Shown: positions 23,301 through 34,869, counted from the stretch's first letter. The stretch: 64,000 bases of DNA from Macrostomum lignano (GCA_002269645.1 NIVC01003197.1:48433-112432), one strand, 5' to 3'. Notes: generated from the letters alone by a model not told the origin. Program-made: numbers and translations.

Positions 23301-25803
23301 CTTGGACGGCCTGTCGGTCCGCCAGTCGGAGACCCTGGCCACCCTGGCCAGCCTGGAGCAGCAGCTGCGCTCCGTTGAGAGCCGCCTGACCAGCCAGCTG
23401 GACTGTCTTGATGCGGCGCTGGACTCCGCGGCGTCAGCAGTAGCTCAGACTGCGCCAGCCGCAGCGCCAACCGCAGCAGCGTCGGACGCGAAGCCCAGCC
23501 TGATGGCAGCGCCACCCGTGCCACCAGTAGCGGCGACGGCAGCCTCGGCCATATCGGCACCGTCCAGGGCTACGTCAAGAACGGCGTCGACAAGGTCGGC
23601 TGTTTCAGCGGTTGCGGCGGCGAATGCTGCCTCTGCCTCTACTGCTGCTGATGGATTCAACGTGCGCTCCAGGCGAAGCGTCGATGTCTTCGATTTCGGG
23701 GGCGGCGGCGGCGAAGTTGTCGAGGGCGGAGGAGCAGTGGCGGTGGCGGCGGCAGCAAGAGGCGCTCTCAGCCGGTCGCCTTCCATGCCAGTGGGAACGG
23801 CGCGGCTGAATGGCTTGCCAGCAGTGAGTGTCAGTTGACCGCCTTTTCCATGCGTTCAACTTCAGTCCCGATAAGAAAGATGAGCACAGCATTTACTGTT
23901 CTCAAATTGTGTTGGAATTTCTCTCCGCAGAATCCCCGCTCCTCCTACCTCACCTGCTTGGCGGACCTCACCTGGCACAGCAGCCGGGTCGTGTCTCTGC
24001 TGCTCATTCCGGAACAGTTCCGCCTGGTGTCGCTGGACTCCACCGGAGCCATCGTGGCGTGGAACATCCAGCAGCTGTGCTCCGGCCACGCCGGCAACGC
24101 CAGAGCTGTGGAGCGGCTGGGCGATGCGCAGTACTCAGACAGCTTCGTGTGCGCCTGCCGCCTGCCAGTGTACGTGTTCGTGGGCTGCAGAGACGGCAGC
24201 CTGCTGCAGCTGGCCCGCTTCGCCACCGACATCAAGCGGGTCAAGACGGAGCCTGGCGCCCACTCGGCCTGCATCACGGCCGTCGCCGCCAGCCCCGGCG
24301 GCCTCCTGTTCAGCGGCAGCCGCGGCGAGCTCAAGGCGAGCTGATTTTACCTTATTTATATATTCTGTTATTGCAGTTATTAGCATCAGACATCCCCTAC
24401 TAGCGAGTAGGAAGAAAAGAAACGATGTGAATTTCTTATAATCTGTGTTAAATGGTTACGCAATTATTGCAAAATAATATGACTTGCTTTACCAGTCAGT
24501 CACGTGACCAGCGGCTCTCTGCACACTGCTGCTATATATAGGAGCCGGTGTGCCAGTCAGTCACGTGACCAGCGGCTCTCTGCACACTGCTGCTATATAT
24601 AGGAGCCGGTGTGCCAGTCAGTCACGTGACCAGCGGCTCTCTGCACACTGCTGCTATATATAGGAGCCGGTGTGCCAGTCAGTCACGTGACCAGCGGCTC
24701 TCTAAAAGCCCCACCCCTCCTGCACAGGTGTGGAAGTCCAGCAACCTGTGCTACCTGCAGACCGTGGCCATCACGCCTCGCCAGTCGGTTCGCTGCTTGA
24801 CTTTCGACGCCTGCCGCGGCGCCCTGCTGTGCGCCTGCGAGACGGAGCTGCACCGGTTCCTGGTGCGCCAGCAGCCGCCTCAGCAGCCGCCGCTGCAACA
24901 GGACCTACCAGCCTGGCATCAGCGCTACCGCCACCAGCTGCTGACCGACATCACCTGCTTGACTGTCACTGAGGAACGAATTCTGGTTGGCACCGGCCAG
25001 CCCGGACAGTCGCTGTGGCTCTTCTGCGCTGTCTCTGGCCGCTTTCAGGTGGGTTTTGATTCCACACCTGCCCCACACCAACCCCACACCTGCCCCACAC
25101 CCACCCCACACCTGCCCCACACTAACCCCACACCAACCCCACACCTGCCCCGCACTAACCCCACACCTGCCCCACACCAGCCCCACACCTGCCCCACACT
25201 AACCCCACACCTGCCCCACACCAACGCCACACCTGCCCCACACTAACCCCACACCTGCCCCACACCTGCCCCACACCTGCCCCACACCAACCCCACACCT
25301 GCCCCACCCCACACTAATCCCACACCTGCCCCACACCAACCCCACACCTGCCACACACGTGCCCCACACCTGCCCCACACCTGCCCCACACCAACCCCAC
25401 ACCTGCCCCACACTAACTCCACACCTGCTTCACACTAACTCCACACCTGCCTCACACCTGCCCCACACTAATCCCACACCTATCCCACTCCAATCCACAA
25501 ACCGCACACCCACAGGCCTGCATAGCGGGCGGCGCCGGTCTCTGCTGCCTTTCCTGGGTGCCGGACAGCGCCTACGCCATCGCTGGCTGCCAGAACGGCT
25601 CGCTGCAAATCTGGCGCTTGCTGGACTCGCGCCATCGCAGCCTGGGCGGAGCCGAGTTACACAGCGACCCGGTGGAGGGCGCCGTGCTGCTCCAGCAGAC
25701 GGAACGGCACCGAGACAGTGTGACCTCAATCTCGCTGCTGCAGGACCTGCTGTTCACCGGTTCTGGCGACGGCTGGATGAAGGTGTTCCGCTTCCAGCCT
25801 TGA
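20383..25803 (+). CDS. TRAF7: TRAF7-like RING / TRAF zinc finger / coiled coil / WD40 E3 ligase, 7 exons, 682 aa
   Basis: Exons 20383-20594, 22580-22728, 22925-23056, 23282-23823, 23931-24335, 24728-25048, 25516-25803 (2049 nt, phases compatible; intron 5 is GC-AG). RING CRVC..CGHTLCSGC..CPQC; EEVEELTVHC and DPNGC resemble TRAF7; C-terminal WD40 HRDSVTSISLLQDLLFTGSGDGWMKVF. Confidence 0.8.
20612..22330. repeat. 21-bp minisatellite (TRAF7 intron 1)
   Basis: Unit TGTAGTTTGTGTCAGATAGAT and variants, degenerating rightwards. Confidence 0.92.
24492..24700. repeat. 61-bp tandem repeat x3.4 containing GTCACGTGAC and TATATATAG (TRAF7 intron 5)
   Basis: GTCACGTGAC at 24499, 24560, 24621 and 24682 (period 61). 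Confidence 0.9.
25062..25500. repeat. C/A-rich CCCCACACCTG-type minisatellite (TRAF7 intron 6)
   Basis: Repeated CCCCACACCTG / CCCCACACCAA units. Confidence 0.85.
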
Positions 25804-26320
25804 CGGGGCACAATTTTGTTACTGAGGAGTCCAAGTTTTGAATCCATGGCTGTTAGAAAAGAGTTTTCCTGTGCTCCTGTACTGAGTACTGAAGTACTTT
25901 TATATACCAACGCCTCCTCACAATACTGGTTGGTGCTGTTTACATTTTTTACATTTTTGCTTATAGATTTTTTAGGTTGCGTTTCACTGCTGTGCCTTTC
26001 GCTGTGCCTTGTTAATCAAGTCTTTATTCTTGTTTTAAATTGACGCTTTATACTACTGTTGATCTCACATATTAAATAAATTAGTAGCTAGTATTGGATT
26101 TTGATGTTAAAATTCTGCGTAAAATGTCGAATTTTTGTTTCTTTATTTGTCTTTGCACCGGAGTATGGATCTACAAAAGTTCATGGATAGGTCTTTGTCA
26201 AAGCTGTGTTTACTGTTTATCTCCTTTAAGTCTTTGTCTGCGATTAGTCTTAGTTTTAAAACAGCATATTCTTTTTAATTTTGGCTAAAAGCAGCATATG
26301 TCACTTTGCCTTTGTTATAG

Positions 26321-28188
26321 GCTGCGCCAGCCGCTGCCGCCGCCTTAATAGAAAGTACTCTTGAGGCGCCCGCAGCGGCTCAGGAGGCGCCAGCAGCGGC
26401 TCAGAAGGCGCCAGCAGCGGCTCAGGAGGCGCCAGCAGCGGCTCAGGAGGCGCCAGCAGCGGCTCAGGAGGCGCCAACAGCGGCTCAGGAGGCGCCAACA
26501 GCGGCTCAGGAGGCGCCAGCATCTGACGAGAAGCCAGCAGTAACTTCATATCCAACAGCTGCATCAAAAGCCGTCACCGATGCAGCATCGGGCACCCTGG
26601 TGATGCTGGACCTGGAGACCACCGGGATGGAGGGCCGGCAGCGCATCACGGAGCTCGCCATGCTGGCTGTGCACACCTTCAACCTGCTTGAGGCGGCTGA
26701 GGCGGCCGCTGTTTCCGCCAGCCCGGTTGCTAATGGCAACGGAGACGCTGCTGGCGTCGGCTCGCAGCCGCCGAGAGCGTCGCGGCTTCCCCGCGTGATG
26801 AACAGCCTGTGCCTGGTGTTCCACCCCATGCAGCCAGTCCACCCGGCCGCCGCCGACCTGACGCGCCTTGACAACGTGGCTCTCGAGCGGCAGAAAGAGT
26901 TCGACAGGAACGCCGCCGCTCTGATTGACGCCTTCCTGAGCCGGCTGGAGCCTCCCGTCGTGCTGATGGCGCACAATGGGCTGCAGTTCGACTTCCCGCT
27001 GCTCAGGAGCGAGCTGGATGCTGTGGGGGTCAGGTGAGGTCACGGCGCTTTTTGACAAGGCTTTGGCCTAGCCCACCAACATACTACCCTACTGAATAGC
27101 CCACCATACTACTCACTAATTAGCCCACCATGCTACTCACTAATTAGCCCACCATACTACTCACTAAATAGCCCATACTACTCACTAAATAGCCCACCAT
27201 ACTACTCACTAAATAGCCCACCATACTACTCACTAAATAGCCCACCATACTACTCACTAAATAGCCCACCATACTACTCACTAAATAGCCCACCATACTA
27301 CTCACTAAATAGCCCACCATACTACTCACTAAATAGCCCACCATACTACTCACTAAATAGCCCACCATACTACTCACTAAATAGCCCACCATACTACTCA
27401 CTAAATAGCCCACCATACTACTCACTAAATAGCCCACCATACTACTTACTAAATAGCCCACCATACTACTCACTAAATAGCCCACCATACTACTCACTAA
27501 ATAGCCCACCATACTACTCACTAATTAGCCCACCATACTACTCACTAAATAGCCCACCATACTACTTACTAAATAGCCCACCATACTACTCACTAAATAG
27601 CCCACCATACTACTCACTAAATAGCCCACCATACTACTCACTAATTAGCCCACCATACTACTCACTAAATAGCCCACCATACTACTTACTAAATAGCCCA
27701 CCATACTACTCACTAAATAGCCCACCATACTACTCACTAAATAGCCCACCATACTACTCACTAAATAGCCCACCATACTACTCACTAAATAACCGCAAAT
27801 ACCGCTTACAAAAGAATCCTATCACACTACTTGCTAAATGCAGTAGTCCAGTCTTATTGCTCACTAAAAAAGGCGGCATGCTACTCACAAAATCCGCAGC
27901 CTGCAGTCTCGTCCGCTGTGCTGCGACTCCCTTCCTCTGTTTCGCAAGCTGGAGCCGCCCGGCAGTCGCTGCGGCCTCACAGAGCTGCACTTCCGCCTGG
28001 CGGGCTGGCGGCCTGAGGACGCCCACTCTGCCATCGAGGACTGCGCCAGCCTACTGCGGGTGCTGAGCTGCCGCCTGCCCGCTTGTCTGGACTGGGTGCG
28101 GCACCAGGCCGTGCCGTTCGACTCGGTGGCTCCCAAATATGTTGCTAAGCGGAGGCTGCCGCTGCCCGATTTTCCTTACAAGCTGTGA
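26321..28188 (+). CDS. TREX-like DEDDh 3'-5' exonuclease, unit A (start codon not in this exon)
   Basis: Exons 26321-27033 and 27900-28188 (phase 2). Exo[24 protein letters not shown], ExoII AHNGLQFDFPLL, CCDSLPLFR, ExoIII AHSAIEDC. N-terminal (E/K)AP(A/T)AAQ x7 (21-bp repeat, 26363-26509). Frame open from the acceptor at 26320 with no ATG until 26603. Confidence 0.88.
27070..27790. repeat. 24-bp minisatellite (TREX-A intron)
   Basis: Unit AGCCCACCATACTACTCACTAAAT. Confidence 0.95.
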
Positions 28189-28224
28189 GGGGTGCTGGAG
28201 TTTTCTCAAATAGCTGGGATTATT

Positions 28225-28560
28225 TATCTGGATCCAAATCCTCAGTTGCTTGGCCAGCCTCCCAGATCCCCAGTTGCTTGGCCAGCCTCCCAGATCCCCA
28301 GTTTCTGGGCCAGCCTCCCAGATCCCCAGTTTCTGGGCCAGCCTCCCAGATCCCCAGTTTCTGGGCCAGCCTCCCAAATCCTCAGTTGCTGGGCCAGCCT
28401 CCCAGATCCTCAGTTGCTGGGCCAGCCTCCCAGATCCTCAGTTGCTGGGCCAGCCTCCCAGATCCTCAGTTGCTGGGCCAGTCTCCCAGATCCTCAGTTG
28501 CTGGACCAGCCTCCCAGATCCCCAGTTGCTGGGCCAGCCTCCCAGTTCCTCAGTTGCTAG
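28225..28560. repeat. 28/29-bp minisatellite immediately after TREX-A
   Basis: Unit CCCAGATCCTCAGTTGCTGGGCCAGCCT. Confidence 0.9.
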
Positions 28561-29209
28561 GCAGCCTCCCAGAGTGTCAGTTGCACTACCAGTCCCAGGT
28601 TTCTCACCCGAGTTCGTGTTAGGTCACAGACCCTTATCTGTTCTTTTTTATCCATTTTATCAGTAATGTACATATTACATTTTTACATTAAGAACACAAA
28701 ACTGACCTTGCTTTACCTAACAGATTGCTTTTTGAGTTGCATGCTAATGATGTTTTTTCTTATCTACCGCACTTTTGTGCTGTCAACTCTATTAATTTCT
28801 ATTATTATGTTTTTAATCTAAATCTGTATGAGGCACATAGTTTGTTAGTATTGCGCGATTTTTAATATTTGAGTAATCATTTTTAACAAACAAATTTTGC
28901 CTTCTTGGACTTTTGTGTTGTCATAATTTTCTATTAACTTTTAGCTACAAGCTTATTGCACTTTTGTGCAAAAATGATTTATTATAATACCATTTTACCT
29001 GCTACCTTCTTATCGAAGATTGCTTCTGATTGTTGTATAAAGAATTATGAATATTATCTTTACAGTGTACAGTGTAAATATGGATTAATTCAGTTTAAAT
29101 TATAGCTGTTTACTGATTACTACTAATAGATTTTTATGCATCTGACCCAGATGTATGAAGACAGTGAGCTTGTTCTTGTTTGTGTTTGAGTCAGCCTCTT
29201 TTTTATGAC

Positions 29210-29800
29210 GGGTGTGTGAGTCAGGCAAGAAGGGTGAGATAACGGGTGTGAGTCAGGCAGGAAGGGTGAGATACGGGTGTGAGTCAGGCAGGAAGGGTGA
29301 GATAACGGGTGTGAGTCAGGCAGGAAGGGTGAGATACGGGTGTGAGTCAGGCAGGAAGGGTGAGATAACGGGTGTGAGTCAGGCAGGAAGGGTGAGATAA
29401 CGGGTGTGAGTCAGGCAGGAAGGGTGAGATACGGGTGTGAGTCAGGCAGGAAGGGTGAGATAACGGGTGTGAGTCAGGCAGGAAGGGTGAGATAACGGGT
29501 GTGAGTCAGGCAGGAAGGGTGAGATACGGGTGTGAGTCAGGCAGGAAGGGTGAGATAACGGGTGTGAGTCAGGCAGGAAGGGTGAGATAACGGGTGTGAG
29601 TCAGGCAGGAAGGGTGAGATAACGGGTGTGAGTCAGGCAGGAAGGGTGAGATTTGAGAGTCAGGCAGGAAGGGTGAGATTTGAGAGTCAGGCAGGAAGGG
29701 TGAGATTTGAGAGTCAGGCAGGAAGGGTGAGATTTGAGAGTCAGGCAGGAAGGGTGAGATTTGAGAGTCAGGCAGGAAGGGTGAGATTTGAGAGTCAGGC
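29210..29800. repeat. 31/32-bp then 27-bp minisatellite before the TREX-B exon
   Basis: Unit GGGTGTGAGTCAGGCAGGAAGGGTGAGATAAC, changing to GAGAGTCAGGCAGGAAGGGTGAGATTT. Confidence 0.92.
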
Positions 29801-29815
29801 TCCCCACACCCGCAG

Positions 29816-32800
29816 CAGCGACAAGCGTGGCGCACCCTGGCCGTGCTGGACCTGGAGACCACCGGCCTCTACCAGCCGCGCGTCACCGAGCTGGCTCTGC
29901 TGACCGCCGACCGGGCCGACCTGCTGCGCCGCGGCGGCACCGACCGGCTGCCCAGGGCGCTGAACCGGCTCTGCCTGCTGTTCAACCCCGGCTGCGAGGT
30001 GACGCCCTCGGCCGCGAACATCACCGGCTTGCACGGCGCCTGCCTGCGGTCTCAGCCGGCTTTCGACTCTGCGTCCGTGCGGCTGCTTGGCGCCTTCGTG
30101 CGGCGGCTCAACCAGCCGGTGCTGATGGTGGCGCACAATGGGGCCAGGTTCGACTTCCCGCTGCTCCAGGCTGAGCTCAGGCTGGCCTCGGCTGCCGCCG
30201 CTGGCTGCCCCGCCACGGCTGACGCGGCAAATTGTCTCGGTAGCGTGCTGTGCTCCGACTCGCTGCCTGCGCTTCGGGAGCTGCAGCTGCGGCCGGGTGC
30301 GGATGCTCTGTGAGTCTGAGCTGTTGCTGTCTGTCTGTCAGTGTCTGTCTTCCTGCCTGCCTGCCTGCCTGCCTGTCTGTCTGTCTCTGTCTGTCTGTCT
30401 GTCTCTGTCTGTCTGTCTGTCTCTGTCTGTCTGTCTGTCTGTGTCTGTCTGTCTGTCTGTCTGTCTGTTTGCCTGTCTGCCTGCCTGTCTGTCTGTCTGT
30501 CTGTCTGTCTGTCGGTCTCCCGTATAAAACGAAACGGTCACAAAAAGGGGCTGTGACCGTTCCACTTGTTACCGTGGTCTGTAATGCTTGTGACCGTTTA
30601 TTGTGACCGTTCATGTTCATGATAATAAGGTAACATGATACCGTTCATAGTTACCATATATGTGACCGTTTGTTCAGGGTCACATGTTACTGATCAATGT
30701 TACCGTATTTTGTGACCGTTTGTTTAGGGTCACATGTTACCGATCAATGTTACCGTATTTTGTGACCGTTTGTTTAGGGTCACATGTTACCGATCAATGT
30801 TACCGTATTTTGTGACCGTTTGTTTAGGGTCACATGTTACCGTTCAATGTGACCGTATTTTGTGACCGTTTGTTTATGGTCACATGTTACCGTTCAATGT
30901 GACCGTATTTTGTGACCGTTTGTTTAGGGTCACATGTTACCGTTCAATGTGACCGTATTTTGTGACCGTTTTGCTTACGGTAACTATGTTACTGTTTACT
31001 GTTACCATATTTTGTGACCGTTTTGTGATCTTGTGTGTTTTTTCTGACTATCAACCAACAGTATTATAATGTGCAAATAAGTAACAGGAATACAAATCAG
31101 CAGTAATATATTAGATGTGAAGTAACCAGTAATTGCGGCAATTGAGCTTTATATACGCAAAGCGCGCTATTATTAAAATGCATTATTATATGGTACATAG
31201 CGATCGCAGAAGTGCGCCAAAAAGAAGTAGTTGAATTAGTGGGACATCGCAGAAGTGCGCCAAAAAGAACTAGTTGAATTAGTGGGACATCGCAGAAGTG
31301 CGCCAAAAAGAACTAGTTGAATTAGTGGGACATCGCAGAAGTGCGCCAAAAAGAACTAGTTGAATTAGTGGGACATCGCAGAAGTGCGCCAAAAAGAACT
31401 AGTTGAATTAGTGGGACATCGCAGAAGTGCGCGACCAAAAGTTAAGCAGTTTTAGAAACCCATTGTACTGCGACGTTTAGGTTTAGTTTAGCTTTGTTTA
31501 GTTTAGCACAATGATATGTTGCATACACAAATTTCTCCCTCCCACTCTCTCCATTTTCTTTAATTATTCCCGATAAGAACAGAAAAAGCCCAGTAAATAA
31601 TAAAATGCCCGAAATGGCTGCATTTCAGTCTGGTACACTTCGACTCATGGATTTGCAGATGGATGAGAGGCTGCAGCTTCGTCGTCATTGTGATCTCCGT
31701 TGTCGCCAACGTTGGCGTCCTCATCATCGGCATCGATGTCGATCGTCGCCACCTCATTTCCGCTGGGTGCCAATTTGAGCGATTTTTGTAGTTTTCGCGC
31801 AGTACAGAATCCAGTGCGCTTAAACACGCCGGCATACTTTCTCTCCGGAATTTGGTTGGGCAACTGCAGGCCTTCAATAAACGCCTTAATGGCGAATTTT
31901 TTTCTCTTTGACACTTCCGCCTTTGGTGGCGGACCAGTTTTTGTCGACCTACGTCCCGTGTAAGAGCAGGTCGTAAGCTCGTCGTCCGTGAAAATTGCTA
32001 GGTACAAGGTCCGAAGCAATTTATCTGCGTCGGTACTCCTGTAACCTCCCTTGACATAGGCGGACACGGCATACTTTATCTTTGCGTAGTCGGTGGCCGA
32101 CACGACGACGTCGGGACAGCGCGCTGTCAAGGACCTCGTCTCGGGCTCACGTTTCCGCTGATTCAATGACGACATTCGGATCTGAGCGCGCAGGTCCATG
32201 TCGTCCAGCAACGGAGCTGCAGACGAGGCGGCCGCAGAAGCGCCACCACCAGCAGTCGTACTGCTGCTGCTAATCGTGTCAGCAACGCAATCTACGTAGA
32301 TGGCGGTTGTGAAGTAGCTTCGCCGGTAGATGGCGGTTGTGAAGTAGCTTCGCCGGTAGATGGCGGTTGTGGAGTACCTTCGCTACCGATGTCGTCGTCT
32401 GGATGACGGCGCTTATTACCACGATTCGTCTGTGGATTTCCAATGGCGGCGCCCATTGCAGTCGTTCCAGATTGCAACCATTGTTGTCGCCTTTGAAATA
32501 GAAGCTGCACTGTCTTGCGTTCTCGAAATCGTTTCACTCTTAAACGATTCATAATGGCGCGGCGTTGCTGGTCTTCCATGATAGAGATTTTTGTTCTTAA
32601 TGATTCTTATCCTCTGCAAAAGTGGCAAACGTTCATGAGAAATTAGTCAGTTGCTTCGTGGGTTACCGTCACTTCTCCTTATATACTGATTTGAAAGAGA
32701 ACGTATCCCTGGGCATAGGTAATAAATTTGCTTCCCTATTCATAACTATCACTTGTCCATACCTGACTATATATTACTGGGTATCCATGTGACCTATTTC

Positions 32801-33256
32801 AGGAGAGGCTACTCTGTAAAATTGTAAAGTATAAATTCAGGCAACAATAACACGTGCGTCACGCCGCACTCAAATTAAGCAACATAGTAGCAGCCTATTA
32901 TGCAATGATGACGACAACAGTTGGTAGAAAGCGACAAGTAGTAAACTCCACAACAGAACAAAACGGTCACAAAATACGGTAACATTGATCGGTAACATGT
33001 GACCCTGAACAAAACGGTCACAAAATACGGTAACATTGATCGGTAACATGTGACCCTTAACAAAACGGTCACACAATACGGTAACATTGAACAGTAACCT
33101 TGTTACCCCGAACTAAACAGTCACAAATACGGTAAAAAATGGCAACTGGTGACCGTAACGGTAAAAAACACGGTAACAGCCCTCTTTTTGTGACCGTTTC
33201 GTTTTATACGGGTCTGTCTGTCTGTGTCTGTCTGTCTGTTTGCCTGTCTGCCTGCC

Positions 33257-33306
<50 letters not shown>

Positions 33307-33316
33307 CCTGCCTGCC

Positions 33317-33373
<57 letters not shown>

Positions 33374-33764
33374 CGATCTCTTAGTGTCTGTCTTTCTGCC
33401 TGTGCCTGTCTGTCTGTCTGCATGGTTAGTATCCGTCTGTCTCTGCTATTTTAATCATCCAACTTACACCGAGCGCACCAACCAATCTGCTTCCACCAGG
33501 TTCGCCGAGCCCCTAAAGCAAGGAAAGCCGCAGGTGAGGTTCAGCCTGCAGCAGCTGTACAGCCAGGCATTCAGCGGCGAGGAGCCGCCTGGTAGTCACA
33601 GCGGCCTCGGCGACTGCGAAGCCCTGCTGCGGCTGCTGCTGTTCCGCCTTCCCGACTGCCTGCCACTGCTGGAGGCCGCGGCGGCGCCCTTCGAGACCGT
33701 GGCGCCCGCCAAGCTGCATGTCGAGGCCGCAGCGGCCGCCGCTTCCTCTGCGGCTGCTAATTGA
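29816..33764 (+). CDS. TREX-like DEDDh 3'-5' exonuclease, unit B
   Basis: Exons 29816-30309 and 33500-33764 (phase 2, CT|G). Exo[24 protein letters not shown], Exo[30 protein letters not shown], Exo[11 protein letters not shown]. 5' end uncertain (possible 13-nt exon 29151-29163). Confidence 0.88.
30519..33212. mobile_element. 2.7-kb non-autonomous TIR DNA transposon (CCC ends, CMC/EnSpm-like) in the TREX-B intron
   Basis: 28-bp perfect TIR CCCGTATAAAACGAAACGGTCACAAAAA at both ends. Subterminal 50-bp tandem repeats (x6 left, inverted x2-3 right). Flanking TCT/TCT inside a (TCTG)n tract. Internal 43-bp tandem array at 31203-31431. Confidence 0.85.
31645..32579 (-). CDS. Transposon cargo ORF with BEN-domain-like region, one apparent frameshift (~311 aa if corrected)
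   Basis: ORF 32579-32292 ([22 protein letters not shown]...) overlaps ORF 32211-31645, whose frame is open back to ~32385; one missing C near 32295 joins them. [45 protein letters not shown] fits the BEN pattern LL..LFT.EEL...S.TG....K...IK..V (recognised by eye). Confidence 0.6.
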
Positions 33765-33807
33765 CGGCGGCCGGGGCTGAGACCGCGCCACTTCTAGTTG
33801 TTTGGCA

Positions 33808-33825
33808 GACAACAGACAGACAGAC

Positions 33826-33894
<69 letters not shown>

Positions 33895-34394
33895 CTAAGA
33901 CACTAAGACAGACAGACAGACAGACACTAAGACAGACAGACAGACAGACAGATAGACAGACAGACAGACACACAGACAGACAGACAGACAGACAGACAGC
34001 TTTAAATTCAGTCGGGCCCCGGCATCAGGGGCTTTCCGCAGCATCAGTTGCCCAGATTTTAATGTTCTATTTTTCCAAAACGTTTCTCTGCTTACTAGGC
34101 TTGTCTTATCTTGTGCATTTTATAACAAAAAATCATTGGATTAACTTCGGACTCGCAGCTTAAACCGCAATTGTTTACAGGTAATTTTATTTGTCTGAAA
34201 ATGCATTGTCAATTAAATCGAGGAAGTTGCTTGAATTTTACATTTTAATAATGATTGTATCCGGGTTGCAGTGAAATACAAGCCTTTGTGTGTCCTTGCT
34301 TAAAGACTGCAATTTTTGCCTTGTTCTCTTTTACTCGTTCTTCGATTCTACCAAGAATTCTCTGTTATTGTTACGTCTCTTTGACAGCTTTTTG

Positions 34395-34439
<45 letters not shown>

Positions 34440-34458
34440 TTCTGTCTATCTGTCATAG

Positions 34459-34498
<40 letters not shown>

Positions 34499-34519
34499 AT
34501 AGTCTGTCTGTCTGTCATA

Positions 34520-34551
<32 letters not shown>

Positions 34552-34637
34552 TTCTGTCTGTCTGTCTGTCATAGTCTGTCTATCTGTCATAGTGTCTGTC
34601 TGTCTGTCTGTCTGTCATAGTCTGTCTGTCTGTCATA

Positions 34638-34672
<35 letters not shown>

Positions 34673-34693
34673 ATAGTCTGTCTGTCTGTCATA

Positions 34694-34732
<39 letters not shown>

Positions 34733-34753
34733 ATAGTCTGTCTGTCTGTCATA

Positions 34754-34788
<35 letters not shown>

Positions 34789-34821
34789 ATAGTCTGTCTG
34801 TCTGTCTGTCTGTCTGTCATA

Positions 34822-34869
<48 letters not shown>

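Noticed and set aside
25775-26321. TRAF7-TREX fusion through AAG|GTGTTC
   Set aside because: Poor donor, it would cut the last WD40 strand, and an AATAAA lies in the spacer.
31203-31431. 43-bp repeats as a CRISPR or iteron array
   Set aside because: Near-identical contiguous units with no spacers, located inside the TIR element.
32260-32297. 26-35-nt intron as an explanation for the BEN-ORF frameshift
   Set aside because: It would restore the frame but is very short with a weak GTAGAT donor; a 1-nt deletion in the third 30-bp repeat is simpler.
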